DNA from: a virus
Lineage: Duplodnaviria > Caudoviricetes
Length of the DNA stretch: 64,000 nucleotides
Virus record (IMG/VR): IMGVR_UViG_3300026549_000895
Span: 128,001 to 192,000 of that record
Direction: 5' to 3' (one strand)
Part shown: positions 49,457-57,521 of the stretch, one piece after another
Numbering within the stretch: position 1 is the stretch's first letter
How the letters are laid out: every line of letters starts with the position of its first letter
Notes under the pieces: model-generated
Seen by the model: the letters and a program-made list of their open reading frames with translations, nothing else
Told to the model about the DNA's origin: nothing
Databases searched by the model: none
Program-made: the position numbers and the translations under genes

Positions 49457-52400
49457 TCACCTCGCTTGCGGATTACTCCAAGTTTTGTCTTCGGCATTCG
49501 GATCCAACACTCCAACTTTTCCATCAATGATAGCAACAGTAGGACGCTCAGATTCAGAGATATTCTTTCTGCCGTGTCGAACAAGATTCTCAAATTCATC
49601 TTTTGTGATTAAATTTCGAATAAAGTCTCCAAACGATTCAGCGAGAAGTGTCACTTTGTAATTATCTTCCTGATCGATGCTTACAACAGGCGGGTCTGCA
49701 TTAGGTCCTGCTTCTCTATAATCGAGGAACACTTCCAAATGGCCACTTACCGGAGTATTGGCAATGTTAAGATAACCTTCGGGGTATCCCCATTCGGATT
49801 GAAGATATTCAGTTCCAAATATACTCGGCTTATTCTTATCGATACCAAGTATATCGGTTATCTCGATATGATCATTTGACCATCCTGTTTTATACCCACA
49901 TGGGAATATGCATCTGTTTACCATGCCACCATTTTGTTGTTTTATCAGCTCTTTGTATGCTGCTGGTAGTTGAACTCCCAATTCATTCTCAGCGCTTGTT
50001 ATATCATCATCTGACACTGGGTTTCCGATGAATTTCTGACCATATGTGGAACTATTGTCCCAGAAATCAGATTGTATAGAAAGCTGTTCGTTATAAATCA
50101 TATCTCTTCTGTCCATCAAATCATTGAAGTTGAAAGATTCAGTAATGTTGATATTCTTTCTACCGTGTTGAATAAGATTCTCGAGATGCTTATTCAAATC
50201 AGCTGTAGCATTAGGATCAAATACAGGAGACTCACCGAGAACGACATCATCAACAGAAGTATCTTCTATTGAATCAAATCCATTGACAAGCCATTCCAAA
50301 TATCTCTTCTGTGTAGGATCAATGAACTTTCCACCATCAGCAAGAATCTGCTTTGCAGCCTTAATACCCTGAGAAGCACGCTGATAATCCGTAGGATGAA
50401 CATCCATGATGAGAGTTCCAATTTCAGAGAACAACTTCACGAGCTTGTCAAGGTTAGTAGATAACATTTCATTGTACTTGAACTTTGTTTGATGATCTTC
50501 AGATGGTATGAAATGGAATACAACAGGAAGTTTGTACATTGCAGCGAATGCGTCTGCAAACTGCTCTTCCAAATCTTTACCAGATTTGAACTGTTGTGCC
50601 ATTTTTCTGAGCATTGCAGGATAAGCTGCAATACCAGTCTTGATGAGTGCTATGAATCCGGATACTGCTGCAAAGACACCGAAGGGTCCACTGACACAAC
50701 CCATAGCAGCACCTGCTGTGAACAATGCGGTGAAACACCAGCTAACAATAGCGGAAGCAACATGACCAGGTTTTGTCTTATACTGATCTTTCAGTTGAGG
50801 AATTACTTCATTGAGTTTGTCGATAAGAACAGTAGCATTCTCATCTGCAGTCTTACCAGTAGCACCATTTCCAGAAAACGTCTGAGAATCATCAGCGGTC
50901 TTCTTAATTTGTTTCGCCTTTACAAAAGCACTCTGAATCTGTTTAGAAGAACACAAAGCGAAGAGTTGTTTCTTAAGAGCAAGCTTCTTCAGCTTATTCA
51001 TTTTTCCGCCAGTCTCTTCAAGATATGTAACATACTTATCGATGAGGATCTTCTTTACCTTCGGAGAATTTACCTGAATAGCACGAGTGATTGTAGCTGA
51101 ATATGCGCCAACCCATGCCATATTATCCCATGCCAACAGAGTTGTTATATTATGGAATATTTCGTGAAGAAGAACAGATGTCAACATCTGACCAAAGTTC
51201 TTTTCTTCCTTAGGAGAAGCGAACTGTAACAAGCCAGTGGAAATACAAATATAGATAGTAAAACCATTCAGCTTGAAACCAGACTTCTTGGATATTGTGA
51301 CTTTGTGTCTCGGATTTACCATTCTATCCACCATGGTATATCCAACCACATCATCGGTATCTTCGAGAGTAAGTCTTATCCTACAATCGAATTGTTCAGC
51401 CAAAGCATCAATACCTTCTTTGAACTTCGGGTTCTTAATTATCTTCTGATAACTCAGAGCTCCATCTTCTTTTACATCAGACTGTTCAGATCTTACTTCA
51501 TTAAAGCATTTGATTGCTTTAACAATACCTGAATTATCAAATCTCATATACTTGATATCTTCCGGCTTGATATTGGATGCTGGAGTAGCTGACTCCTGAA
51601 CATAGTCATGCTTTTCAACGTTATAACCCATCTCTGAGAATGACGCAGTGCCAATATATGGAGTTCCATACAAATCATACAGATACTCAACATATTCATT
51701 TGCCTGCTGTTCATCAGGACCAAATGCTTGAGGTTCAGGATTCTCAGGAGGTTCATTATCAGAACCGAATTCCTGAGGCTTAGGTTCTTCCTGATCATTA
51801 ATGTATACTTTGCTCGGAACTGCAGCAAATGAAGGAGTTTCTTCAGGAGCAACTTCAAACTCTTTGTTCTTCGCAATGCAATCGGTCTGATACTGATCAA
51901 GTGCATTATCAACACGAAGTCCTATGTTATCCAACAGAGTTGCCATTGCACGAATGATGTTATCTTTGTTACCCTGAACATTTGTGTTCTCGGGAGCAAT
52001 GATAAAGTCTTCATGAACTTTAATGGACTTGAGAGAATTATCTCCCATTATATGATCTTCCGGAATATGATAAATATGAGCCAATGACTCAAGAGCACAT
52101 ACAACATCAGGAGCCTTTGCTATAGCTGCTTCGATAACAGCTTTGGCTTCTTCTGTCTTATTAGGATGCTCCCAAGTACTTTCCAGATCCTTTTCGGTTT
52201 CTTTGTTCTCCATATCATCAGATTCAGTCACCGTCTTTCGATTCTGAGCCAGGGACTTTTGCCAAGATGATTGATCTTGATTATTTTGTACTATATTATC
52301 TGATTCACCAAACGACTTTGAAGGTCCTCCAACCTTTGGCGACGCATTAAACGAACTTTGATAATGTTCTTCGGGTTGTTTGTTTGGTGCGGGAGGCGGT

Positions 52401-52630
52401 GAACTCATCGCAGCTTTATCCATACTTGTTGTTCTTTTTACATTTGCAGGAACTTCTGTTTCTTCTTGTATACTATTCTGAACAGTATCAACTACAGATG
52501 CTCCAAAAGGGGTACCATCTGCACTATTAGCAATCTTTGCTTTGTTTACAGCATTTTCTAAATTTGATGCATTGGATTTGATGTCAGGTTTAGGAAGCTT
52601 ATCAGTTTCCAGAGTTATATCGAATCCCAT
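49457..52630 (-). CDS. Multidomain putative head protein: M48-like zinc metallopeptidase plus C-terminal SMI1/KNR4 domain
   Basis: LLHEIFH, EEQFADAFA, VHPTDYQR and a hydrophobic hairpin; SMI1/KNR4 signature DDDITSAENELGVQLPAAYKELIKQQNGG..LDYRE..PPVVSIDQE..LAESFGDFI. Confidence 0.75.
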   Translation of the reverse strand: MGFDITLETDKLPKPDIKSNASNLENAVNKAKIANSADGTPFGASVVDTVQNSIQEETEVPANVKRTTSMDKAAMSSPPPAPNKQPEEHYQSSFNASPKVGGPSKSFGESDNIVQNNQDQSSWQKSLAQNRKTVTESDDMENKETEKDLESTWEHPNKTEEAKAVIEAAIAKAPDVVCALESLAHIYHIPEDHIMGDNSLKSIKVHEDFIIAPENTNVQGNKDNIIRAMATLLDNIGLRVDNALDQYQTDCIAKNKEFEVAPEETPSFAAVPSKVYINDQEEPKPQEFGSDNEPPENPEPQAFGPDEQQANEYVEYLYDLYGTPYIGTASFSEMGYNVEKHDYVQESATPASNIKPEDIKYMRFDNSGIVKAIKCFNEVRSEQSDVKEDGALSYQKIIKNPKFKEGIDALAEQFDCRIRLTLEDTDDVVGYTMVDRMVNPRHKVTISKKSGFKLNGFTIYICISTGLLQFASPKEEKNFGQMLTSVLLHEIFHNITTLLAWDNMAWVGAYSATITRAIQVNSPKVKKILIDKYVTYLEETGGKMNKLKKLALKKQLFALCSSKQIQSAFVKAKQIKKTADDSQTFSGNGATGKTADENATVLIDKLNEVIPQLKDQYKTKPGHVASAIVSWCFTALFTAGAAMGCVSGPFGVFAAVSGFIALIKTGIAAYPAMLRKMAQQFKSGKDLEEQFADAFAAMYKLPVVFHFIPSEDHQTKFKYNEMLSTNLDKLVKLFSEIGTLIMDVHPTDYQRASQGIKAAKQILADGGKFIDPTQKRYLEWLVNGFDSIEDTSVDDVVLGESPVFDPNATADLNKHLENLIQHGRKNINITESFNFNDLMDRRDMIYNEQLSIQSDFWDNSSTYGQKFIGNPVSDDDITSAENELGVQLPAAYKELIKQQNGGMVNRCIFPCGYKTGWSNDHIEITDILGIDKNKPSIFGTEYLQSEWGYPEGYLNIANTPVSGHLEVFLDYREAGPNADPPVVSIDQEDNYKVTLLAESFGDFIRNLITKDEFENLVRHGRKNISESERPTVAIIDGKVGVLDPNAEDKTWSNPQAR
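49559..50182. repeat. 33-bp direct repeat pair (49559-49591 and 50150-50182) flanking the SMI1/KNR4 domain
   Basis: gatattctttctGccgtgtCgaaCaagattctc versus gatattctttctAccgtgtTgaaTaagattctc, 30/33 identical. Confidence 0.85.
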
Positions 52631-52651
52631 TTATATCAAACTCCTTTCATA

Positions 52652-53851
52652 TTACTTATTTCTGATTTGATTCATTCGATTCATCATGAATGTTGCTATC
52701 AAACAAATATGAGCTTTTACAATTTCGCCATCATATCCATACTTTCTACGAAGCGGAATAACAACAGGCTTTCCAGGAACAGCTCTATCGACAGCTGTAG
52801 GAAATCCTTTTATTCGAGATATAAACTTTGTTGAGTTTATATCATCTAAAGTATTTCCTTCTTTCACTATAAACACATAAAAGATTCCATCTATTATCAT
52901 TCCGATATCAGAAATATCTATTGACTGTGCATATTTGTAAAGTTCATCTTTCTTAACGGATTTTAATTTGGCAATGCCTTCATAAAGTCCAGAAGTCTTC
53001 TTAGCATACAATTCATCTTTTCCGCGAATCAAACCCACAAGCTTATCTCTCAAATGAATGGTATTTCCGGTCAGAGTGAATTGATCAAAAACATCTCCAT
53101 CATTACCAACTTCTTTATTTTCCTCAATATTCTTATAATACATCTTGGCGAGTTGATACATGTTCTGATTGTATGAATTTCTCAATCTATTTAAGAAATC
53201 AACAACAACCTTTGGAGATGGTTTTAACAATAATGAATTTCTGTAAAAGTTCCAACAAGTATCAAGAGTAGAATCAATCCAATCTAATAATGAAGCGGAT
53301 TGAGTGATCTCATACTTATTGGACAAATGTGAATATGTATATTCCATTGCCTTTGGATTGAAATTCAATTTCTTCTGGAAATACTTAACGAACATTCTTG
53401 AATATTGTGTAACTGACAATTGTTCCTTTGCAGAATCTTTCAGCTTACGATAGCCTATCTGCTCTCCAAATACAATTACCAAAACATGAAGTACCGTAAT
53501 CGGTACTTCAGTTATGGTTTTAAAGTTATTTGTTGCATGAACTTCTTTTGTCAGTTGAACAATCTTTTCTTTGAGAGAAGCATTTGTAAAGTCGAATAAT
53601 GCCAAACAGTTATCAATGTATTTCTTCGGCCACTTAACAGGTCCTGTTGGATAATGCTTTGATAACATATCGGCATTTTCGGATAAGAAAGTAGCACCGT
53701 ATTCAATATATGCATTTCGCTTTTCCGTTATCTGCATATTTGTATATACAACTTCCATCAGCTCTTCCAACACCGGAGATGTTGAATATGCTTCTGTGAT
53801 TATATCCAGTGCTTCTTCTTCAGTGAATTCTTCCTCAAAAAAGTTAAACAT
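52652..53851 (-). CDS. Hypothetical protein, 399 aa
   Basis: AAGGTG RBS; lies in the minus-strand late operon. Confidence 0.7.
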   Translation of the reverse strand: MFNFFEEEFTEEEALDIITEAYSTSPVLEELMEVVYTNMQITEKRNAYIEYGATFLSENADMLSKHYPTGPVKWPKKYIDNCLALFDFTNASLKEKIVQLTKEVHATNNFKTITEVPITVLHVLVIVFGEQIGYRKLKDSAKEQLSVTQYSRMFVKYFQKKLNFNPKAMEYTYSHLSNKYEITQSASLLDWIDSTLDTCWNFYRNSLLLKPSPKVVVDFLNRLRNSYNQNMYQLAKMYYKNIEENKEVGNDGDVFDQFTLTGNTIHLRDKLVGLIRGKDELYAKKTSGLYEGIAKLKSVKKDELYKYAQSIDISDIGMIIDGIFYVFIVKEGNTLDDINSTKFISRIKGFPTAVDRAVPGKPVVIPLRRKYGYDGEIVKAHICLIATFMMNRMNQIRNK

Positions 53852-53867
53852 GACAAATCACCTTTTC

Positions 53868-54416
53868 TTACTTATTATGGCGATTCTTCTTGTTCTTCTT
53901 CTTTGAATTCTGATTCTCTGTCGCAGTAGGAGTCTCCTCTACTTCCTCTTCAGATTCGTCCTCTGTAGTATCCTCGGTTTCATCAACCACTTCCTCTTCA
54001 ACAGCGGGAATAGCAGTCTTAGCTACCTCAAGTGCTTCATCAAGAAGACCCTCAGCAAGAGTGATGTCATCAACAGAAGCTTCTACAGGAGTTTCCTCTT
54101 CCTTGATAACTTCGGTCTCGATACCAGCTGATTCTGCCTTCTCAATCAAAGCTTCAACAGGAGCCTTCTCCTCTACCTTCTTCTCAGGAACATCCTTTTT
54201 CTTAATAGGAGCAGCTACCTTTACAGAACCCTGATTAGCGAAGATCTGAGCAATGTTGTTCATTGTGATAATATCAGGAGAATCAGCAAGAGTAACCTTG
54301 AGAGTTTTTACCTTAAGAATACGAGCAACCTGCTGCTGGTCAAGATCAACGTTTCTGACAGGAGCCAGCATTTTCAGTCCAGGGATAAGTCCCTTACCAA
54401 GAATATTTACATTCAT
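53868..54416 (-). CDS. Hypothetical protein with acidic tail and basic tip
   Basis: GAGG RBS; Glu-rich C-terminal half ending KKKNKKNRHNK. Confidence 0.7.
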   Translation of the reverse strand: MNVNILGKGLIPGLKMLAPVRNVDLDQQQVARILKVKTLKVTLADSPDIITMNNIAQIFANQGSVKVAAPIKKKDVPEKKVEEKAPVEALIEKAESAGIETEVIKEEETPVEASVDDITLAEGLLDEALEVAKTAIPAVEEEVVDETEDTTEDESEEEVEETPTATENQNSKKKNKKNRHNK

Positions 54417-54438
54417 TATTAATTACCTCATCTTTCAT

Positions 54439-55188
54439 TTAATTTCGATTTTTGTTCATCATTTCACGAATCTTGTTAATTGCATAATAGGATTCTGAAA
54501 CCAAGTCTGTTTTCAATCCCATAGCAGCAAAGAACAAATCCGCCTGTAACAGTGTAGGTTTATCAAGAATACCAGTTTTGATATTTTCCAATTTAACGGA
54601 ACCTTTCTCCGAAATTTCTTCTACCATATTCTGATATTCATTAACATTATCTCCACGAGCACCAGTAAACTCAGAAAGGATTTCTTTTGCTCCAACTCCG
54701 GCAAGCAATTCGTTCTCCATTCCAGTCATAGTACCGCCCTTTGAATCACCCTTAGCTTCACCTGTCATCTCATCGACATCTGAATCTGACAAGATAAGAC
54801 CCTGCTTTTTGGTGACCAATTGCTGTGGTCTTTTTATGTTAAGATAAGCTACCAGTACAGGAGTTCGTGATCTTATTGGGCGGTTCGGGTCACTGGAGAT
54901 ATGTGGCATATAGATGTATTCAAACAATTTTAGATGTAACAAATCCGCAGCTTTCTCAACATTCTCAAATTTGATCTTTCTATTTTCAGGACCAAATTCT
55001 TCAATGTCAATTCTGAGATTACTTTTCTTATCTCCAAATAACTTTTGGAAATACTCATCGAACTGTTTGTCATTCATTGTCTGAAACATGTTTCGATATT
55101 TCTTTGCATTCACTCCAGATGGATCGATAGTACTGACAACATCATCAATTAATTTTTCCATCTTTTTTCGTTTGTCAGAAGTTATCAT
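54439..55188 (-). CDS. RNA polymerase beta subunit, C-terminal part (virion RNAP, phiKZ gp149-like)
   Basis: VLVAYLNIKRPQQLVTKK, TGEAKGDSKGGTMTGMENELLAGVGAKEILSE..RGDN correspond to the beta C-terminal GGQRFGEME..LQE..KSDD region. Confidence 0.75.
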   Translation of the reverse strand: MITSDKRKKMEKLIDDVVSTIDPSGVNAKKYRNMFQTMNDKQFDEYFQKLFGDKKSNLRIDIEEFGPENRKIKFENVEKAADLLHLKLFEYIYMPHISSDPNRPIRSRTPVLVAYLNIKRPQQLVTKKQGLILSDSDVDEMTGEAKGDSKGGTMTGMENELLAGVGAKEILSEFTGARGDNVNEYQNMVEEISEKGSVKLENIKTGILDKPTLLQADLFFAAMGLKTDLVSESYYAINKIREMMNKNRN

Positions 55189-55205
55189 ATAACCACCTTC
55201 CTTTC

Positions 55206-55694
55206 TTATTCAACATATGCTTTCTGAATATATAATTCTTTGAGCTTATTATATGAGATACCTATGACAACTCTGTTTCCTTTAGTACCATATGTCGATC
55301 TTTCAGTTCCTGATATTTCAAGAACTAAAGCGTCAACACCATCTGATGTTTTATCAAAGTAAACATCAACTGTTACTCCAGCAATAGCAAGCATATCACA
55401 TTGCTCTGCTATTTTATCTTTTATCACAATTGGAGTATTTGGATCATCAGAATATTCCATCAAATATCCTTCGATATTAATTCCTAATTCAGGAATTGAA
55501 GGATACTGTCCAGGTTTCATCATAAGTAATGTGAGTATGACATTAACACACATCTCAAACGTTGAAATGACTTTTGGTTTATACATTGAATCAGTATCCA
55601 TTAAACAGTCATATCCAAGTGGTTGAAAAGAAGGCGGGTATTTATTCTTTATTTCATCCAATGTCATACCGATTATATTATCAGCATTTACCAT
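55206..55694 (-). CDS. Baseplate wedge protein, T4 gp25-like
   Basis: VILTLLMMKPGQYPSIPELGINIEGYL matches the gp25 LLT.PGER...P.FG pattern. Confidence 0.6.
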   Translation of the reverse strand: MVNADNIIGMTLDEIKNKYPPSFQPLGYDCLMDTDSMYKPKVISTFEMCVNVILTLLMMKPGQYPSIPELGINIEGYLMEYSDDPNTPIVIKDKIAEQCDMLAIAGVTVDVYFDKTSDGVDALVLEISGTERSTYGTKGNRVVIGISYNKLKELYIQKAYVE

Positions 55695-55710
55695 TTAAAT
55701 CTCTCCTTTC

Positions 55711-56451
55711 TTAAGTTGGATGATTGTTATCAGTCTTCACATATTCAGATAAGAATTCATCATATTTCTTGTCAAGAATTTTGATGTAATAGTGTCCCAT
55801 CTTCCTACATTCATTTTCCATCATAGCATCTTTTCTTCTCTCAATATCCCTGAGATGTTCCATATAATTATCATTATAACCACCTTGCTTGATTTCAACA
55901 TGTAAACTCAAAGAAGGAATAAAGAAATCCGGAATGTAGAGATGTGTTGTACCATCTTTCCACTTGTACCAGAAGTCAGTTGGAGATGGAGCTATGATAT
56001 CATCCGGATCCCATTCCAATGACTTTAAGAACTTCAAGAAATCCTCTTCATAACTACCAATGATTCTGAAGGTATGTTTGTCATCCCATTTAAAGTCTTT
56101 GGCATCATGATGATTGTACAACATCTTTCGTTGCTGATCAGCTTCATTCAGAAGATGTTCTTTGCCGTATACTTTCACCATATTTGATTTGGCTTGTTTT
56201 GTATATTCTTCTTTACATTTTTCTGAACAGATTCGACCGTATTTCAGTGTCTCTTCATTGAACTTAACATTGTTCTTTTTACAAACAACACACAGTCTTC
56301 CAACCGGTTTCTTCACTAATAAAGAATATGCAAATTCCAAAGGTTCATATTCCTCTGGAACTTGGTCGTTATGCTTTTCTGCTATATGATGACAATACTT
56401 TTGTTTGTCATTAAATATTTTTGTACAGAACGGACATTTTGTATTACGCAA
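55711..56451 (-). CDS. Zn-finger plus PD-(D/E)xK nuclease (TnsA-N / T4 gp4 head-completion-like)
   Basis: C2H2 CPFC..HIAEKH, CVVC..CSEKC; GSYE..YKWKDGTTHLYIPDFFI..HVEIKQ; TTG start with AAAGGAG RBS. Confidence 0.65.
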   Translation of the reverse strand: MRNTKCPFCTKIFNDKQKYCHHIAEKHNDQVPEEYEPLEFAYSLLVKKPVGRLCVVCKKNNVKFNEETLKYGRICSEKCKEEYTKQAKSNMVKVYGKEHLLNEADQQRKMLYNHHDAKDFKWDDKHTFRIIGSYEEDFLKFLKSLEWDPDDIIAPSPTDFWYKWKDGTTHLYIPDFFIPSLSLHVEIKQGGYNDNYMEHLRDIERRKDAMMENECRKMGHYYIKILDKKYDEFLSEYVKTDNNHPT

Positions 56452-56603
56452 ATCATTTCACTCCTTTATCAAAATTAAATATAATAATAGTTTTATTAAA
56501 CCAAAATTACCCCAGCGTTCAACGATATTTCTTTTTTAGATATATATGATTAAAAAGAAATGGGATAAATACATTCTCAATATATAATTAATTTGAAGAA
56601 GGA

Positions 56604-56900
56604 GTGATGGTAAATATGGGGTCATTGATGTATTCGGATAATGATATTGATTCTCTTGAATATAGAATGAAAAATCATGTTCGAAGAATATCAATTAATG
56701 ATTTAAATATCTTAGGCTATGGATTAAAGCAATATATTGAACGATACAAAACATTGTTTGTTTATGATGAAGAAGAAGAAAAAATACTTAATGAATTGGA
56801 TACCATTTCCGATTTATTGATTACTCGTCAATATGATAAACTTATACATGACCCAAGATATATGATAACCACAGAAGACAACCGCGAAGATTATATTTGA
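56604..56900 (+). CDS. Hypothetical protein
   Basis: GAAGGAG RBS; early-type motif at 56540-56551. Confidence 0.6.
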   Translation: MMVNMGSLMYSDNDIDSLEYRMKNHVRRISINDLNILGYGLKQYIERYKTLFVYDEEEEKILNELDTISDLLITRQYDKLIHDPRYMITTEDNREDYI

Positions 56901-56914
56901 AAGGATTTGATTTT

Positions 56915-57127
56915 ATGAAAAATAACAACCAACCCAAATTCATACATTTGACATCTACAAACGGAACTCAGTTCCGAATCAATTCATCTGAGATTGGTAT
57001 GTATGTCAAACCAGAAGGTTCAGAAAACACATCATTGTTTATGACTGGTGAGAATGGTACAAAGGTAATGGTTAAAGAAACACCAGATGAGATTGATAAG
57101 ATGTTAGGTATCAATTTCAATGTATGA
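56915..57127 (+). CDS. Small FlbD-like protein
   Basis: FIHLTSTNGTQFRINSSEI..T.L..GENGTKVMVKETPDEI resembles FlbD-family I.LT.LNG..F.LN..I..V.ES.EEV. Confidence 0.45.
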   Translation: MKNNNQPKFIHLTSTNGTQFRINSSEIGMYVKPEGSENTSLFMTGENGTKVMVKETPDEIDKMLGINFNV

Positions 57128-57135
57128 TAATAATG

Positions 57136-57180
57136 AATACAGTAATCTCATTTATTGGGATTACTGTATTTTTTTATTTT
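57136..57180 (+). terminator. Rho-independent terminator
   Basis: AATACAGTAATCTCA-tttat-TGGGATTACTGTATT plus T-tract. Confidence 0.75.
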
Positions 57181-57380
57181 TCTAATGAATATAACTCTTA
57201 TGTACTTCTTTTACTTCTGAACCAAAAACTTAGCAAATTTTTGGCTGTACTTGCTTTTCTTCGGGAGAAACTGACAACACAAGATTGCCAAGGCCACCAA
57301 CCTGAGATGAAAAAGAGCAAATAGAGAAAGTCAGATAAGGAATGTAACCCGAATCCGTTAATGTATGACCCCGCGCCAGC

Positions 57381-57414
57381 GGGGGAAAGGGGGAGGGGGC
57401 TATGGGGGAGGGGG
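57381..57414 (+). other. G-quadruplex-capable tract (five G5 runs)
   Basis: GGGGGaaaGGGGGaGGGGGctatGGGGGaGGGGG in intergenic DNA of an AT-rich genome. Confidence 0.7.
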
Positions 57415-57521
57415 AATCCCTGGGAAGATTTTTATTTTTTGTAATGAAAGAATTCAAAAACGAGTGGATAATTTGATTAATATACTATTATTATATTATT
57501 ATCAAAATTAAAATTTTAATT

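Noticed and set aside
57124-57457. ORFs 57124-57324(+) and 57230-57457(-)
   Set aside because: They run through a terminator and the G-tract and have no RBS; treated as non-coding.
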